A stretch of 64,000 nt of DNA from Smithellaceae bacterium (GTDB taxonomy: Bacteria > Desulfobacterota > Syntrophia > Syntrophales > Smithellaceae). The first letter of the stretch is position 1. The number at the start of each line of letters is the position of its first letter. Below, piece after piece: positions 10,020 to 19,113 of this stretch. The stretch lies in contig CAXXVL010000002.1 in assembly GCA_963667845.2 (NCBI GenBank), forward strand, positions 1,472,001-1,536,000, read 5' to 3'. A program made the translations under genes and the position numbers. The notes beneath the pieces are model-generated. The model saw only the letters and a list, made by a program, of their open reading frames with translations, did no database searches and was not told where the DNA came from.

Positions 10020-11570
10020 ATGAAGACGAGTGACAGGAAGGCTGCCGTGGTGATTGACGGCAGCTATGTCAGTTTAGAGGCTATTCTGGCCGTCGCGAAA
10101 GACGGCCTGCCGGTATCCGTAAACCAGTCCAAGGCGTTTGCGAAGCGGATGGGCCGGACCCAGAAGGCGCTTATGGACGCCCTGCAGAACGGCGTCGCCG
10201 TTTACGGCGTCAACACGGGTTACGGCAAATCGTGCGGCAACCGGATCAGCATGAAAACGGCCTTGAAGAACGGCGTCAATATCTTCCGGTTCCACGGCTG
10301 CGGCACCGGGGACCCGATCGGTATCGAAGAAACAAGGGCCGCCATGCTGGCCCGGATTATTTGTCTGGCGCGCGGTTACTCCGGCGTCTCGATCGGACTC
10401 CTCAAGCAAATGGCGGATTTTTTAAATGCCGGAATCACCCCCGTGGTGCCCGCGGAGGGTTCCGTCGGCGCCTCCGGCGATCTCACGCCCATGTCCTATA
10501 TCGGTGCGGCGCTTGCCGGTGAGCGCGATGTCTTTTATGAAGGGGACATCATGCCGGCGGCAAAGGCGATGAAGAAAGCCGGCATCAAACCCTACCACTA
10601 TCTGCCGAAAGAGCCGCTCTCGATGGTAAACGGCACGACGACCATGACGGGGATTGCGGCGCTCAATGCGGAGCGCGCGGATCGACTTCTGGATGCGGCG
10701 ATTTATGCAACCGCGCTCTCCGTTCACGCGATGAAAGGCAACGCCCATCACTACCACCCGGTTATCTCGGAAGCCAAGCCGTTTCCGGGGCAGGCCGATG
10801 TGGCGAAGAAAATATCTCAACTGCTCACCGCCCGGATATCCGCTCGCCAGCTCGAAGACGACGCGCTTGAAACCCTGCAGGATCCTTACTCGCTCAGGTG
10901 CGCTCCGCAGGTGCTGGGCGTGCTTTCCGATGCGCTTTCCTGGATTAAGAAATGGGTGGAAATCGAAGCCAATTCATCAAATGACAATCCGATATTCGAT
11001 CCCGCCACGGGACAGGTGCTGATGGGCGGGAATTTTTACGGCGGCCACATCGCCTTCGCCATGGACGGACTGAAAGCGGCGCTGGCCTCGGCTGCGGATA
11101 TGTGTGATCGGCAGATGATGCTGCTCGTCAATCCCAATCTCAATCGCGGACTGCCGGGCGACCTGGTGCGGTCAAACGGTGGCGACGGGCTGCATCACGG
11201 CTTCAAAGCGATGTCGATTTCGTCTTCGGCGCTCGCTGCCGAAGCACTCAAGGCGACGATGCCGGCCGCTTCTTTCTCGCGGTCGACGGAGTCCCATAAC
11301 CAGGATAAAGTCAGCATGGGTACAATTGCGGCCCGGGATTGCGAGAGGGTCTGCACGCTCACGGAGCGGGTGGTGGCCATCCACCTGCTGGCGGCGGCCC
11401 AGGCGTGCGATATCCGGCAGAACATCCGGGTGCGGCCCCTTCTGGCCAAGGTCCTGCAGAATATCCGGCAGGTCAGTGACCCCGTGGTTTCCGACCGGCC
11501 GCTCGACGAGGATATCGAAAGAATGTGTGTGGTGATTCGCTACACCGATTTTTTCAGAGGGAAAACATGA
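10020..11570 (+). CDS. MIO-dependent aromatic amino acid ammonia-lyase (HAL/PAL/TAL family)
   Basis: YGVNTGYG, GSVGASGDL (ASG MIO triad), QDPYSLRC, HNQDKVSMG. Confidence 0.93.
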   Translation: MKTSDRKAAVVIDGSYVSLEAILAVAKDGLPVSVNQSKAFAKRMGRTQKALMDALQNGVAVYGVNTGYGKSCGNRISMKTALKNGVNIFRFHGCGTGDPIGIEETRAAMLARIICLARGYSGVSIGLLKQMADFLNAGITPVVPAEGSVGASGDLTPMSYIGAALAGERDVFYEGDIMPAAKAMKKAGIKPYHYLPKEPLSMVNGTTTMTGIAALNAERADRLLDAAIYATALSVHAMKGNAHHYHPVISEAKPFPGQADVAKKISQLLTARISARQLEDDALETLQDPYSLRCAPQVLGVLSDALSWIKKWVEIEANSSNDNPIFDPATGQVLMGGNFYGGHIAFAMDGLKAALASAADMCDRQMMLLVNPNLNRGLPGDLVRSNGGDGLHHGFKAMSISSSALAAEALKATMPAASFSRSTESHNQDKVSMGTIAARDCERVCTLTERVVAIHLLAAAQACDIRQNIRVRPLLAKVLQNIRQVSDPVVSDRPLDEDIERMCVVIRYTDFFRGKT

Positions 11571-11983
11571 GCCCCGAAAAGAAGAGCTTCGAAGTGGAAA
11601 TCAGCGTGCCTTTTTTTGATCTCGATCCCATGCAGATCGTCTGGCACGGCAATTATCTCAATTACTTTGAACTGGCGCGCGCAGGGCTTTTTGAACACTA
11701 CGGCGTTGATCTCTACTCGTATTATAATCGGGAAAGAATCATTTTCCCCATTATCCGGACATCGACCAAGCATATTTTACCGCTGAAACACCGCGACCGC
11801 GTCATCTGTAAGGCCACTCTGGTCGACGTCAATATTAAGCTGGTGGTGGATTTTGAAATTCGCAAGGCTGCGGACGGCAGCGTGTGCACACGGGGCCGCA
11901 CGGAACAGGTAGCGGTGAAAACGCCGGAAATGGAGACGCTGTTTTCCATTCCGCAGGACATCCGTCGATTACTGGGATACTAA
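11567..11983 (+). CDS. Hotdog acyl-CoA/ACP thioesterase (4HBT/YbgC-like)
   Basis: FFDLDPMQIVWHGNYLNYFE; ATG 11567 overlaps the lyase stop. Confidence 0.88.
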   Translation: MSPEKKSFEVEISVPFFDLDPMQIVWHGNYLNYFELARAGLFEHYGVDLYSYYNRERIIFPIIRTSTKHILPLKHRDRVICKATLVDVNIKLVVDFEIRKAADGSVCTRGRTEQVAVKTPEMETLFSIPQDIRRLLGY

Positions 11984-13689
11984 TGGAAGAGAACGTAAAG
12001 AAAGCATTCGTAGCCGGCGTGGAGCGGGTAGCGGCCTGGGCGGACCTGCTTGATGCCATTAACGTGTATCCTGTGGCCGACGGCGATACGGGGCGTAATC
12101 TGTCCATCAGCCTTTTCCCCCTGAGGCAGGCCGGCGAAAAGAAAGATCCCCTGGTTCGTCAACTGCTGATGGCGGCACGCGGCAATTCCGGCAATATCGC
12201 CTCCCAGTTCTTTTCGGCCTTTTACACGCTTACGTCCACGCGTCGCCTGAAAGAGGCCGTACAGGAAGGCAATGCCCGGGCATGGAAGGCCGTCAGCCAG
12301 CCCAAGCTGGGAACGATGCTCTCCGTATTTGATGCACTTGAAGAGATTCTCGGCGATGAGGATTTTATTCCGGATCAAAACAACGTGGATGAAATCATGT
12401 CGCACCTGGAGCAGGCTGTCCACGAGACGCATGACACATTGCCGAAATTAAAGGAAGCCGGCGTTGTGGATGCCGGCGCCCTGGGGATGTATATTTTCTT
12501 TGAGGGGTTCTTTTACACGCTGGCCGGGCTGGCCGATGTTTACCGTCCGGTGACGGATGTCTTTAGAGATCGTTTGAAAATTTCCTCTGCGTTTCACGAA
12601 ACGGCGGAGTCCGGTTATTGTGTCGACTTCGTGGTGAAGGCCGATGGCTCTTCTGCGGATCTGATGAAGATCGCCGGGGGCGAGGAGAGCGCGATCGTCA
12701 TTCAGGAGGGTGATTTCTACAAGATCCACCTGCACACGGATGATAGAGAAAAGATCAAATCGCAGATGAGCGCCCTGGGCTCCGTGCTGAATTGGGAAGA
12801 TGATAATCTGACAACCCAGATCGCGCAATTTTCGAATGCCCCGGCGAGTTCCGGATTGCACATCATGACGGATGCCGCCGGATCACTCACACGCGACGAC
12901 GCGAAGAGATACGGCTTCACGCTTTTGAACAGTTACATTAATGTCGGTGATAAGTCGCTGCCCGAAACGTATTTACATCCCGACGAACTATACAGCGCCA
13001 TGCGTGCGGGCATCAAGGTCTCCACGTCGCAAGCCTCCGTCTTCGAGCGGCATGAATATTATTCGAGCGTGCTAGCCCGGTTTGAAAAAGTTCTGTATTT
13101 GTGCGTCGGCTCCGTCTTCACAGGTAATTATTCCGTCGCGCTGGATTGGAAGAAAGAGCATGATCCGGAAAACAGGCTCTCTGTGATTGACACGGGGGCG
13201 GCTTCCGGCAGGCTGGGAACGATTGTCCTGGCGGCGCAGCAGTACCTGATACACACAAAGGATATGGGAAAAACAGTTGCCTTCGCTAAAAGAGCGGTGA
13301 AAACGTGCGAAGAATATGTTTTTCTCGAAAAGCTGCAGTACCTCGCAGCGGGCGGCAGGCTTTCCAAAGGGAGCGCTTTTTTCGGCGATATGCTGAAGAT
13401 GAAGCCGGTTATTTCACCGCAGCCGGAAGGCGTCAGGAAAGTGGCCGTTGTCAGGAATCGGAAGGATCAGATCAGCCTGGCGCAAACGAAGCTGGCCGCG
13501 TCCCTTTCCCCGGAAAGTCGCGCGCTCATCATGCTCGAGTATTCGGATAACGCCGGGCAGGTCTCCGAATTTCGTGGCAATATACAAAAGCTTTATCCGA
13601 AGGCGGTCATCATTTTGCAGCCGCTGTCTCTCACATCCGGCGTGCACATGGGGCCGGGGACGTGGGGAGTGGCTTTTCTGAAAATATAA
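11983..13689 (+). CDS. DAK2 domain-DegV fusion (fatty acid kinase FakA/FakB-like)
   Basis: INVYPVADGDTGRNL, ARGNSG, VVDAGA (DAK2); IMTDAA, STSQ, LQYLAAGGRL, HMGPG (DegV). Confidence 0.87.
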   Translation: MEENVKKAFVAGVERVAAWADLLDAINVYPVADGDTGRNLSISLFPLRQAGEKKDPLVRQLLMAARGNSGNIASQFFSAFYTLTSTRRLKEAVQEGNARAWKAVSQPKLGTMLSVFDALEEILGDEDFIPDQNNVDEIMSHLEQAVHETHDTLPKLKEAGVVDAGALGMYIFFEGFFYTLAGLADVYRPVTDVFRDRLKISSAFHETAESGYCVDFVVKADGSSADLMKIAGGEESAIVIQEGDFYKIHLHTDDREKIKSQMSALGSVLNWEDDNLTTQIAQFSNAPASSGLHIMTDAAGSLTRDDAKRYGFTLLNSYINVGDKSLPETYLHPDELYSAMRAGIKVSTSQASVFERHEYYSSVLARFEKVLYLCVGSVFTGNYSVALDWKKEHDPENRLSVIDTGAASGRLGTIVLAAQQYLIHTKDMGKTVAFAKRAVKTCEEYVFLEKLQYLAAGGRLSKGSAFFGDMLKMKPVISPQPEGVRKVAVVRNRKDQISLAQTKLAASLSPESRALIMLEYSDNAGQVSEFRGNIQKLYPKAVIILQPLSLTSGVHMGPGTWGVAFLKI

Positions 13690-13697
13690 AAGGAAAA

Positions 13698-14468
13698 TTG
13701 ACTTTGACGATAAACGACGAAAAGCAAGCACCGACTGACGAACGGCGGGCGGCAAGAAATCCGAACATCCGCTTTGCCTTTATCATTCCGGTTTACAATC
13801 ATGCGGCGACGGTTGCTCAAGTGGTCCGGCAGGCTCAGGAGCTGGGCTATCCTGTATTTGTCGTGGATGACGGATCAACGGATGAAACAGCAAAACGTCT
13901 GGCCCAGATCAGAGGCATTACACTTTTGCAGCATTCAAAGAATGAAGGCAAAGGCGCGGCGATTATGACGGGTTTTATGGCGGCATCGCACGTGGCCGAT
14001 TTCGCCATAACGCTGGATGCGGACGGGCAGCACTATCCTGAAGACGCACTGGTCTTGATTGACGCCATCCCGGCCAAGAAGCGGCCCCTGGTCATAGGGG
14101 CGCGCGAGGGGATGACGGCAAGTTTGGGCGCTCACATTCCCTGGACCAGCCGCTTCGGACGGAAGTTTTCCAACTTCTGGGTTCGCCTGTCCGGCGGGCC
14201 GAAGCTTTCGGATTCCCAAAGCGGTATGAGAATTTATCCGCTGCCGGAGGCGTTAGGCCTCGACACACGGGCAAGGCGTTTTCAATTCGAAGTGGAAATA
14301 CTGGTGCATGCCAGGAGAAGGGGCATCCCGATTATTGAAGCCCCGATTCGCGTGATGTACCATCTGGACGGATCGAGAATATCCCACTTCCGGCCGTTTG
14401 TTGATTTCCTGCGCAACACCAAAACATTTACCCGTTTGATCTTTACCCGGATATTCAGCCGGCATTAA
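13698..14468 (+). CDS. Glycosyltransferase family 2
   Basis: IIPVYNH, VVDDGSTD, GKGAA, DADGQH, DSQSG; start uncertain (TTG 13698). Confidence 0.88.
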   Translation: MTLTINDEKQAPTDERRAARNPNIRFAFIIPVYNHAATVAQVVRQAQELGYPVFVVDDGSTDETAKRLAQIRGITLLQHSKNEGKGAAIMTGFMAASHVADFAITLDADGQHYPEDALVLIDAIPAKKRPLVIGAREGMTASLGAHIPWTSRFGRKFSNFWVRLSGGPKLSDSQSGMRIYPLPEALGLDTRARRFQFEVEILVHARRRGIPIIEAPIRVMYHLDGSRISHFRPFVDFLRNTKTFTRLIFTRIFSRH

Positions 14469-14541
14469 TGCATAGTTCCGGCTTGTGTTTGCGGAGCGTC
14501 GTGTGGTATTCAATCTGCGAAGATGAAGCCGGATTGACGCC

Positions 14542-14644
14542 AATCAAACACGCCGCAGCAAGCTGTCGAGGTATGAAATGAACGTCATTATATCACAGCA
14601 AGCTGCGGAGAATTAACGCTCGTCCCGCGTGAACGGGATTAAAC
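14542..14644 (+). repeat. ~103-bp dispersed multi-hairpin repeat, copy 1
   Basis: AATCAA...GCAGCAAGCTG...GAATTAACGCTCGTCCC...CGGGAT; aligns with copies at 15801, 23784 and 44142. Confidence 0.9.
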
Positions 14645-14663
14645 GGGCAGAGGAGATAACGCA

Positions 14664-15413
14664 TTGCCGTTTGCCGAAGTTTCGAGACAGGATCTGTTTA
14701 AAGCCTGCGAGTCGCTTTTTGGAACGGATATCGATGTATCAGTCGAGTTTTTGCGCTATTTAAAGCCCTCCGGCGTCAAAGCCGCCTATCGGAAAAAAGC
14801 TATGGAAACGCACCCCGACCGCGCGGCGGCGACGGCCGGCCAGGCCGATTTCATGGCCGATCAATTCAAAGAGATCAGTCAGGCCTACCAGTTATTGCAG
14901 GAGTTCCTGGCCTGTCCCTGGAAATATTCTCTTGCCGAAAACGGCAGGCTCTATGAGCGCAGAGAGCCGCCCCCGCGTCCCGCCGCCCGCAGAAAGTCGT
15001 CCCCCGGGACCAGGGAACCGCTATACGCAGGCCGGATGCCGCAGCGGAGACTCCTCTTCGGTCAGTACCTTTACTATTCAGGTCAAATATCACTGTCCAC
15101 GCTCATCAAGGCGATTGTCTGGCAGCGGCTGCAGCGGCCGTCCGTCGGGGCTATCGCAATGAGTTGGGGCTGGCTCGTGGGCTCCGACGTTCTGGATATC
15201 CTGCGGTCACGAAAGTACGGGGAAAAATTCGGTGAGTGTGCAATACGTCTGGGTCGACTCTCGAAGCACCAAATGGCGCAGATCCTGGAAAAACAAAGAC
15301 TGGCTCAGCCGCAAATCGGGAAATATTTCATGGAGCAGAATGTCATCTCATCCGCAGAAATTTTCAAACGCATTGTTGATATGAAAATGCACAACAGGAA
15401 ATTCTGGTCATAA
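14664..15413 (+). CDS. J-domain (DnaJ-like) protein with C-terminal MshEN-like repeats
   Basis: VKAAYRKKAMETHPDR...FKEISQAY (HPD motif); TTG start after AGGAG. Confidence 0.8.
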   Translation: MPFAEVSRQDLFKACESLFGTDIDVSVEFLRYLKPSGVKAAYRKKAMETHPDRAAATAGQADFMADQFKEISQAYQLLQEFLACPWKYSLAENGRLYERREPPPRPAARRKSSPGTREPLYAGRMPQRRLLFGQYLYYSGQISLSTLIKAIVWQRLQRPSVGAIAMSWGWLVGSDVLDILRSRKYGEKFGECAIRLGRLSKHQMAQILEKQRLAQPQIGKYFMEQNVISSAEIFKRIVDMKMHNRKFWS

Positions 15414-15800
15414 TGCAAGAGGCCGTCCGCTGTAAGTTGTCAGGTTATTTTGTGGGGCGCGGTGAGCCCTTTTTGCACATTTCTTTACATGATGCGCAAA
15501 GCACTTCGTATATATTTCATCAATGCGGCTGGAATCGCCGGAAATTTGTTTCGGCCTCAGGTTGGGGAATATTTGGCAGCCGCTGTAATTTTTTCTTTAC
15601 TGGATTCCGTCATCCTTAAGTTATCTGCAAACGCCCCGGGAACTCTTTAATAGAAGAACCGACATTCGGCGAAAGAATCTGCAGAAGGAAAATATCAAAA
15701 CCACCCGGCAGTCAATTCCTGATTATTTTTGCTAAAATAAACGGCCCGCACCTTCCGGTTTTTCCCTTGCCTGCACAGGGGAAATATGGTTAAAAAAATA

Positions 15801-15901
15801 AATCAACCACTCGCAGCAAGCTGTCGAGGTATGAAATGAACGTCATTATTTCGCAGCAAGCGACAAGGAATTAACGCTCGTCCCGCGTGAGCGGGATCAA
15901 C
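15801..15901 (+). repeat. ~103-bp dispersed repeat, copy 2
   Basis: Highly similar to copy 1. Confidence 0.9.
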
Positions 15902-15929
15902 AAATAACCCTGCTCTACTGAAGGTTTGC

Positions 15930-18900
15930 ATGCCGCAGCCCAGATACCCCATAAGATGGTCGATCGTTGTTGTCACTGCCCTCGTTGTGGGGTTGTTGTT
16001 TTTCTGGGAAACCAGCCGGCTGAATATTGAAACGGATATTCTGGAATCCTTGCCGCACCAGGATCCGGTGCTGGCGGCTGCCCGTCAGGTGATCAGCCGC
16101 CTGCCCATTCAAGATAAAATATTCATTGATCTGGAGCAAACGTCCGATGACCGGGACAAACTGGTTCGGGCCGGATCTATCGTCACAGACCGATTGAGCC
16201 GAAGCGGTTTATTCAACAAGGTTGGGATCAGTGACGAAGCGGGGATTTTCCCCGAGATGATTGCGCACGTCGGCAACAACCTGCCGTTGCTATTTAACCG
16301 AGAAGATCTGGACCAGAAAATCCGGCCGCTTCTGGAACCTGCCAGAATCCGTGAGGCCATGGAGCAGAACCGTCAGGGGCTGGAACAGTTGGAAGGGATT
16401 GGCCGGTCGGAAATGATGGCCAGGGACCCGCTGGGGTTTTCCGGCATTATTCTGGGACAAATGTCCGCCCTGCTTCCGGCCAACAAAGCGCAGTTCTATT
16501 CGGGGCAGCTCGTGTCCGCCGACGGCAGGCATGCGCTTATCATTGCGCGGATTGCCGGTTCGGGAACCGATACATCCAAGGCGGCCCGGATTGAAAAACT
16601 TTTGGACGATTGTCGCCGCGCACTTGCCGCCGATTCAACTTTAAAAGATCACTACGTACTGACGCCGGTGGGGGCATACCGTGCCGCGCTGGATAACGAA
16701 ACCATCGCCAAACGCGATACCCGGCTGGCAATCGTACTCACGACGCTCGGAATTGCGCTTTTGCTGATCTTCGCTTTCCCCCGTCCGTTCGTCGGACTCC
16801 TGGCACTGCTGCCGTCAACCGTCGGGGCGATCGCCGCTTTTTTAGTGTGCTCTTTTTTGTTCAAATCCATGTCGATGCTGGCGGTGGGTTTCGGCGGAGC
16901 GATCATGGCTTTTACGGTTGACCTGGGGATCACCTATCTCTTGTATCTGGATCAGCCTTATGCCACGAAGGGAAAACAGGTGGCGCGCGAAGTCTGGTCG
17001 GCGGAACTGCTGTCGGTGCTGACCACCGTCGGTGCATTCCTGCTGCTTCTGGTCAGCGACTTTAAAATCCTGGCCCAGATCGGCGTCTTTTCCGCTCTGG
17101 GCGTGACGTTCGCACTCATTTTTGTTCATTTTGTTTTTCCGAATATCTTCCCGGCCATGCCGCCCTCCAAACGCCGGACCAACCGCTTCCTTCTTGCTGC
17201 GATTATAAAAGTCGCCGCCTCCGCGAAATGGAAACTGGCCGCCGCCGTTATCTTCGGTTTGATCATGCTGCTTTTTGCCAAACCGGTTTTTAATGTCGAT
17301 CTGCAGGCCATGAATTCCGTGAGCCCAGATACCATCAGCGCTGAAAATAAGCTGCGGGAGACGTGGGGCAATCTTTCCGGCAAGTGTTATATTTTGCTTA
17401 CGGGATCAAGCGTTGCGGAGTTGCAGAAAAAGGATGAGCGGTTGATGACCTTCCTGGCAGGCGACGTGCAGAAAGAAAAACTGGCCCCGGTATTTCTGCC
17501 ATCCGCTTTGTTCCCGCCACAGGTGCAGGCGCAAAGCAATCTGGCGGCCTGGCAGAGTTTCTGGAGTCAAGACCGAGTAGCCGAGTTAAAGCGCAACCTG
17601 GATCGGGCGGCGCGGGAAAACGGCTTTGCGCCGGACGCTTTCGGGCCTTTCTGGAAAATGATTCACGAGCGCTCGCCCCGCACTTTTGTTGTGCCGCCAA
17701 AATATTTTGAAATGCTCGGCATTGCCAAAACGGCTGATGGGTACTCTCAATTAAGTCTGCTTTCTACCGGGAAAAATTACAGCGCCGAAGATTTCTTCGC
17801 CAGGCTCTCTGCGACGGGACTCGCGAGCCTTTTTGACGCCGATTTGTTTAACAAAAGGCTGGGAGAATTTCTGAAGAATATTTTTCTGGAAATCGCTCTG
17901 ATCACCAGCATCGGCCTCGTGCTGGTGATCTTTTTGTTTTTTCTGGACTGGCGGATATCGCTTGCGGCGCTCGCCCCTACCGCCTTTGCGCTTTCGGCCA
18001 CCCTGGGCACGTTGAAGATTATCGGCCATCCGCTCGATATCCCCGGCATCATGCTCTGGATTGTCATCATGGGCATGGGGATTGATTACACGGTCTATTA
18101 CATCTGCACGTACCAGCGCTATATCGACGAAAATCATCCGGCCATGCATACCATCAAACTGGCGATGTTTCTGGCCGCTTTTACCACCCTGATCGGTTTC
18201 GGCGTATTGATATTCGCCAAGCATACGCTTTTGCGGAGCATCGGAATTGTCTCTTTCCTGGGTATCGGTTATTCGCTGATCGGCGCTTACTTTATTCTCC
18301 CGACCCTGATGGGCAGGATATTTGCTCCCCTTCAATATCCGACGGGCGAATTGGTGATTGGTTCCAAAGAACATTTGCGCCGGACGCTTTTGCGCTACCG
18401 GCATCTGCCGGGATATCCGCGGATATTTGCGCGGTTTAAAATCATGCTCGACCCGATGTTCCGCGAGCTTCATCAGTATGTGCAAAATCCGCGGCGGATC
18501 ATCGATGTCGGGTGCGGTTATGGCGTTCCGGCCGTCTGGCTTTTGGAAATTTATCCCCGGGCGAAAGTGTTCGGTCTGGACCCGGATGAGGAGAGAGTGC
18601 TGATTGCCAACCGCGTCATCGGCGAACGCGGATTTGTGCAGACAGGACTTGCACCCGACCTGCCTCACGTCGACGGCCCGGTGGATTATGTGACCATGCT
18701 GGATATGCTGCATTATCTTGACGACGCAGCATTGCGGCTGGTTTTGGGGCGTATTTATGAGAAGCTTGAGGCCGGCGGGACGCTCTTGATCCGGGCGACC
18801 ATTCCCTCGGGCAGAAAGGTACCCTGGAAACGCTGGATCGAGGCCTTGCATCTCAAACTGATCAAAACCCCGGAACGTTTCCGCCTGGAGAATGAAATTG

Positions 18901-18995
18901 CCGGATTCATGTCCGCCGCCGGATTTGAAGTTGAAGTCCATCAATCACCGACACCCGGTGTAGAAGAAAAGTGGTTTGTAGGAAGGAAGGGATAA
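15930..18995 (+). CDS. MMPL/RND-type exporter fused to a class I SAM methyltransferase
   Basis: Two hydrophobic TM bundles (MGMGIDY) with large loops; C-terminal IIDVGCGYG, LDMLHYL, GGTLLIR. Confidence 0.85.
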   Translation: MPQPRYPIRWSIVVVTALVVGLLFFWETSRLNIETDILESLPHQDPVLAAARQVISRLPIQDKIFIDLEQTSDDRDKLVRAGSIVTDRLSRSGLFNKVGISDEAGIFPEMIAHVGNNLPLLFNREDLDQKIRPLLEPARIREAMEQNRQGLEQLEGIGRSEMMARDPLGFSGIILGQMSALLPANKAQFYSGQLVSADGRHALIIARIAGSGTDTSKAARIEKLLDDCRRALAADSTLKDHYVLTPVGAYRAALDNETIAKRDTRLAIVLTTLGIALLLIFAFPRPFVGLLALLPSTVGAIAAFLVCSFLFKSMSMLAVGFGGAIMAFTVDLGITYLLYLDQPYATKGKQVAREVWSAELLSVLTTVGAFLLLLVSDFKILAQIGVFSALGVTFALIFVHFVFPNIFPAMPPSKRRTNRFLLAAIIKVAASAKWKLAAAVIFGLIMLLFAKPVFNVDLQAMNSVSPDTISAENKLRETWGNLSGKCYILLTGSSVAELQKKDERLMTFLAGDVQKEKLAPVFLPSALFPPQVQAQSNLAAWQSFWSQDRVAELKRNLDRAARENGFAPDAFGPFWKMIHERSPRTFVVPPKYFEMLGIAKTADGYSQLSLLSTGKNYSAEDFFARLSATGLASLFDADLFNKRLGEFLKNIFLEIALITSIGLVLVIFLFFLDWRISLAALAPTAFALSATLGTLKIIGHPLDIPGIMLWIVIMGMGIDYTVYYICTYQRYIDENHPAMHTIKLAMFLAAFTTLIGFGVLIFAKHTLLRSIGIVSFLGIGYSLIGAYFILPTLMGRIFAPLQYPTGELVIGSKEHLRRTLLRYRHLPGYPRIFARFKIMLDPMFRELHQYVQNPRRIIDVGCGYGVPAVWLLEIYPRAKVFGLDPDEERVLIANRVIGERGFVQTGLAPDLPHVDGPVDYVTMLDMLHYLDDAALRLVLGRIYEKLEAGGTLLIRATIPSGRKVPWKRWIEALHLKLIKTPERFRLENEIAGFMSAAGFEVEVHQSPTPGVEEKWFVGRKG

Positions 18996-19026
18996 AGGTT
19001 CAAGGTACAAGGTTCAAGGTACAAGG
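18995..19026 (+). repeat. Short 7-bp tandem repeat (AAGGTWC)x4
   Basis: AAGGTTC AAGGTAC AAGGTTC AAGGTAC AAGG. Confidence 0.75.
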
Positions 19027-19113
19027 AAAGATTGGAGGCTCAAGGGAAAAGGACCTGAAATGTTATTGGGACTAACCCCTGACAAGGGGGTGGCAATCTA
19101 AAGGAGGTGCAAA

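Noticed and set aside
15413..15800. Small ORFs or a riboswitch between the J-protein and MMPL genes
   Set aside because: No protein-like frame or riboswitch consensus recognised
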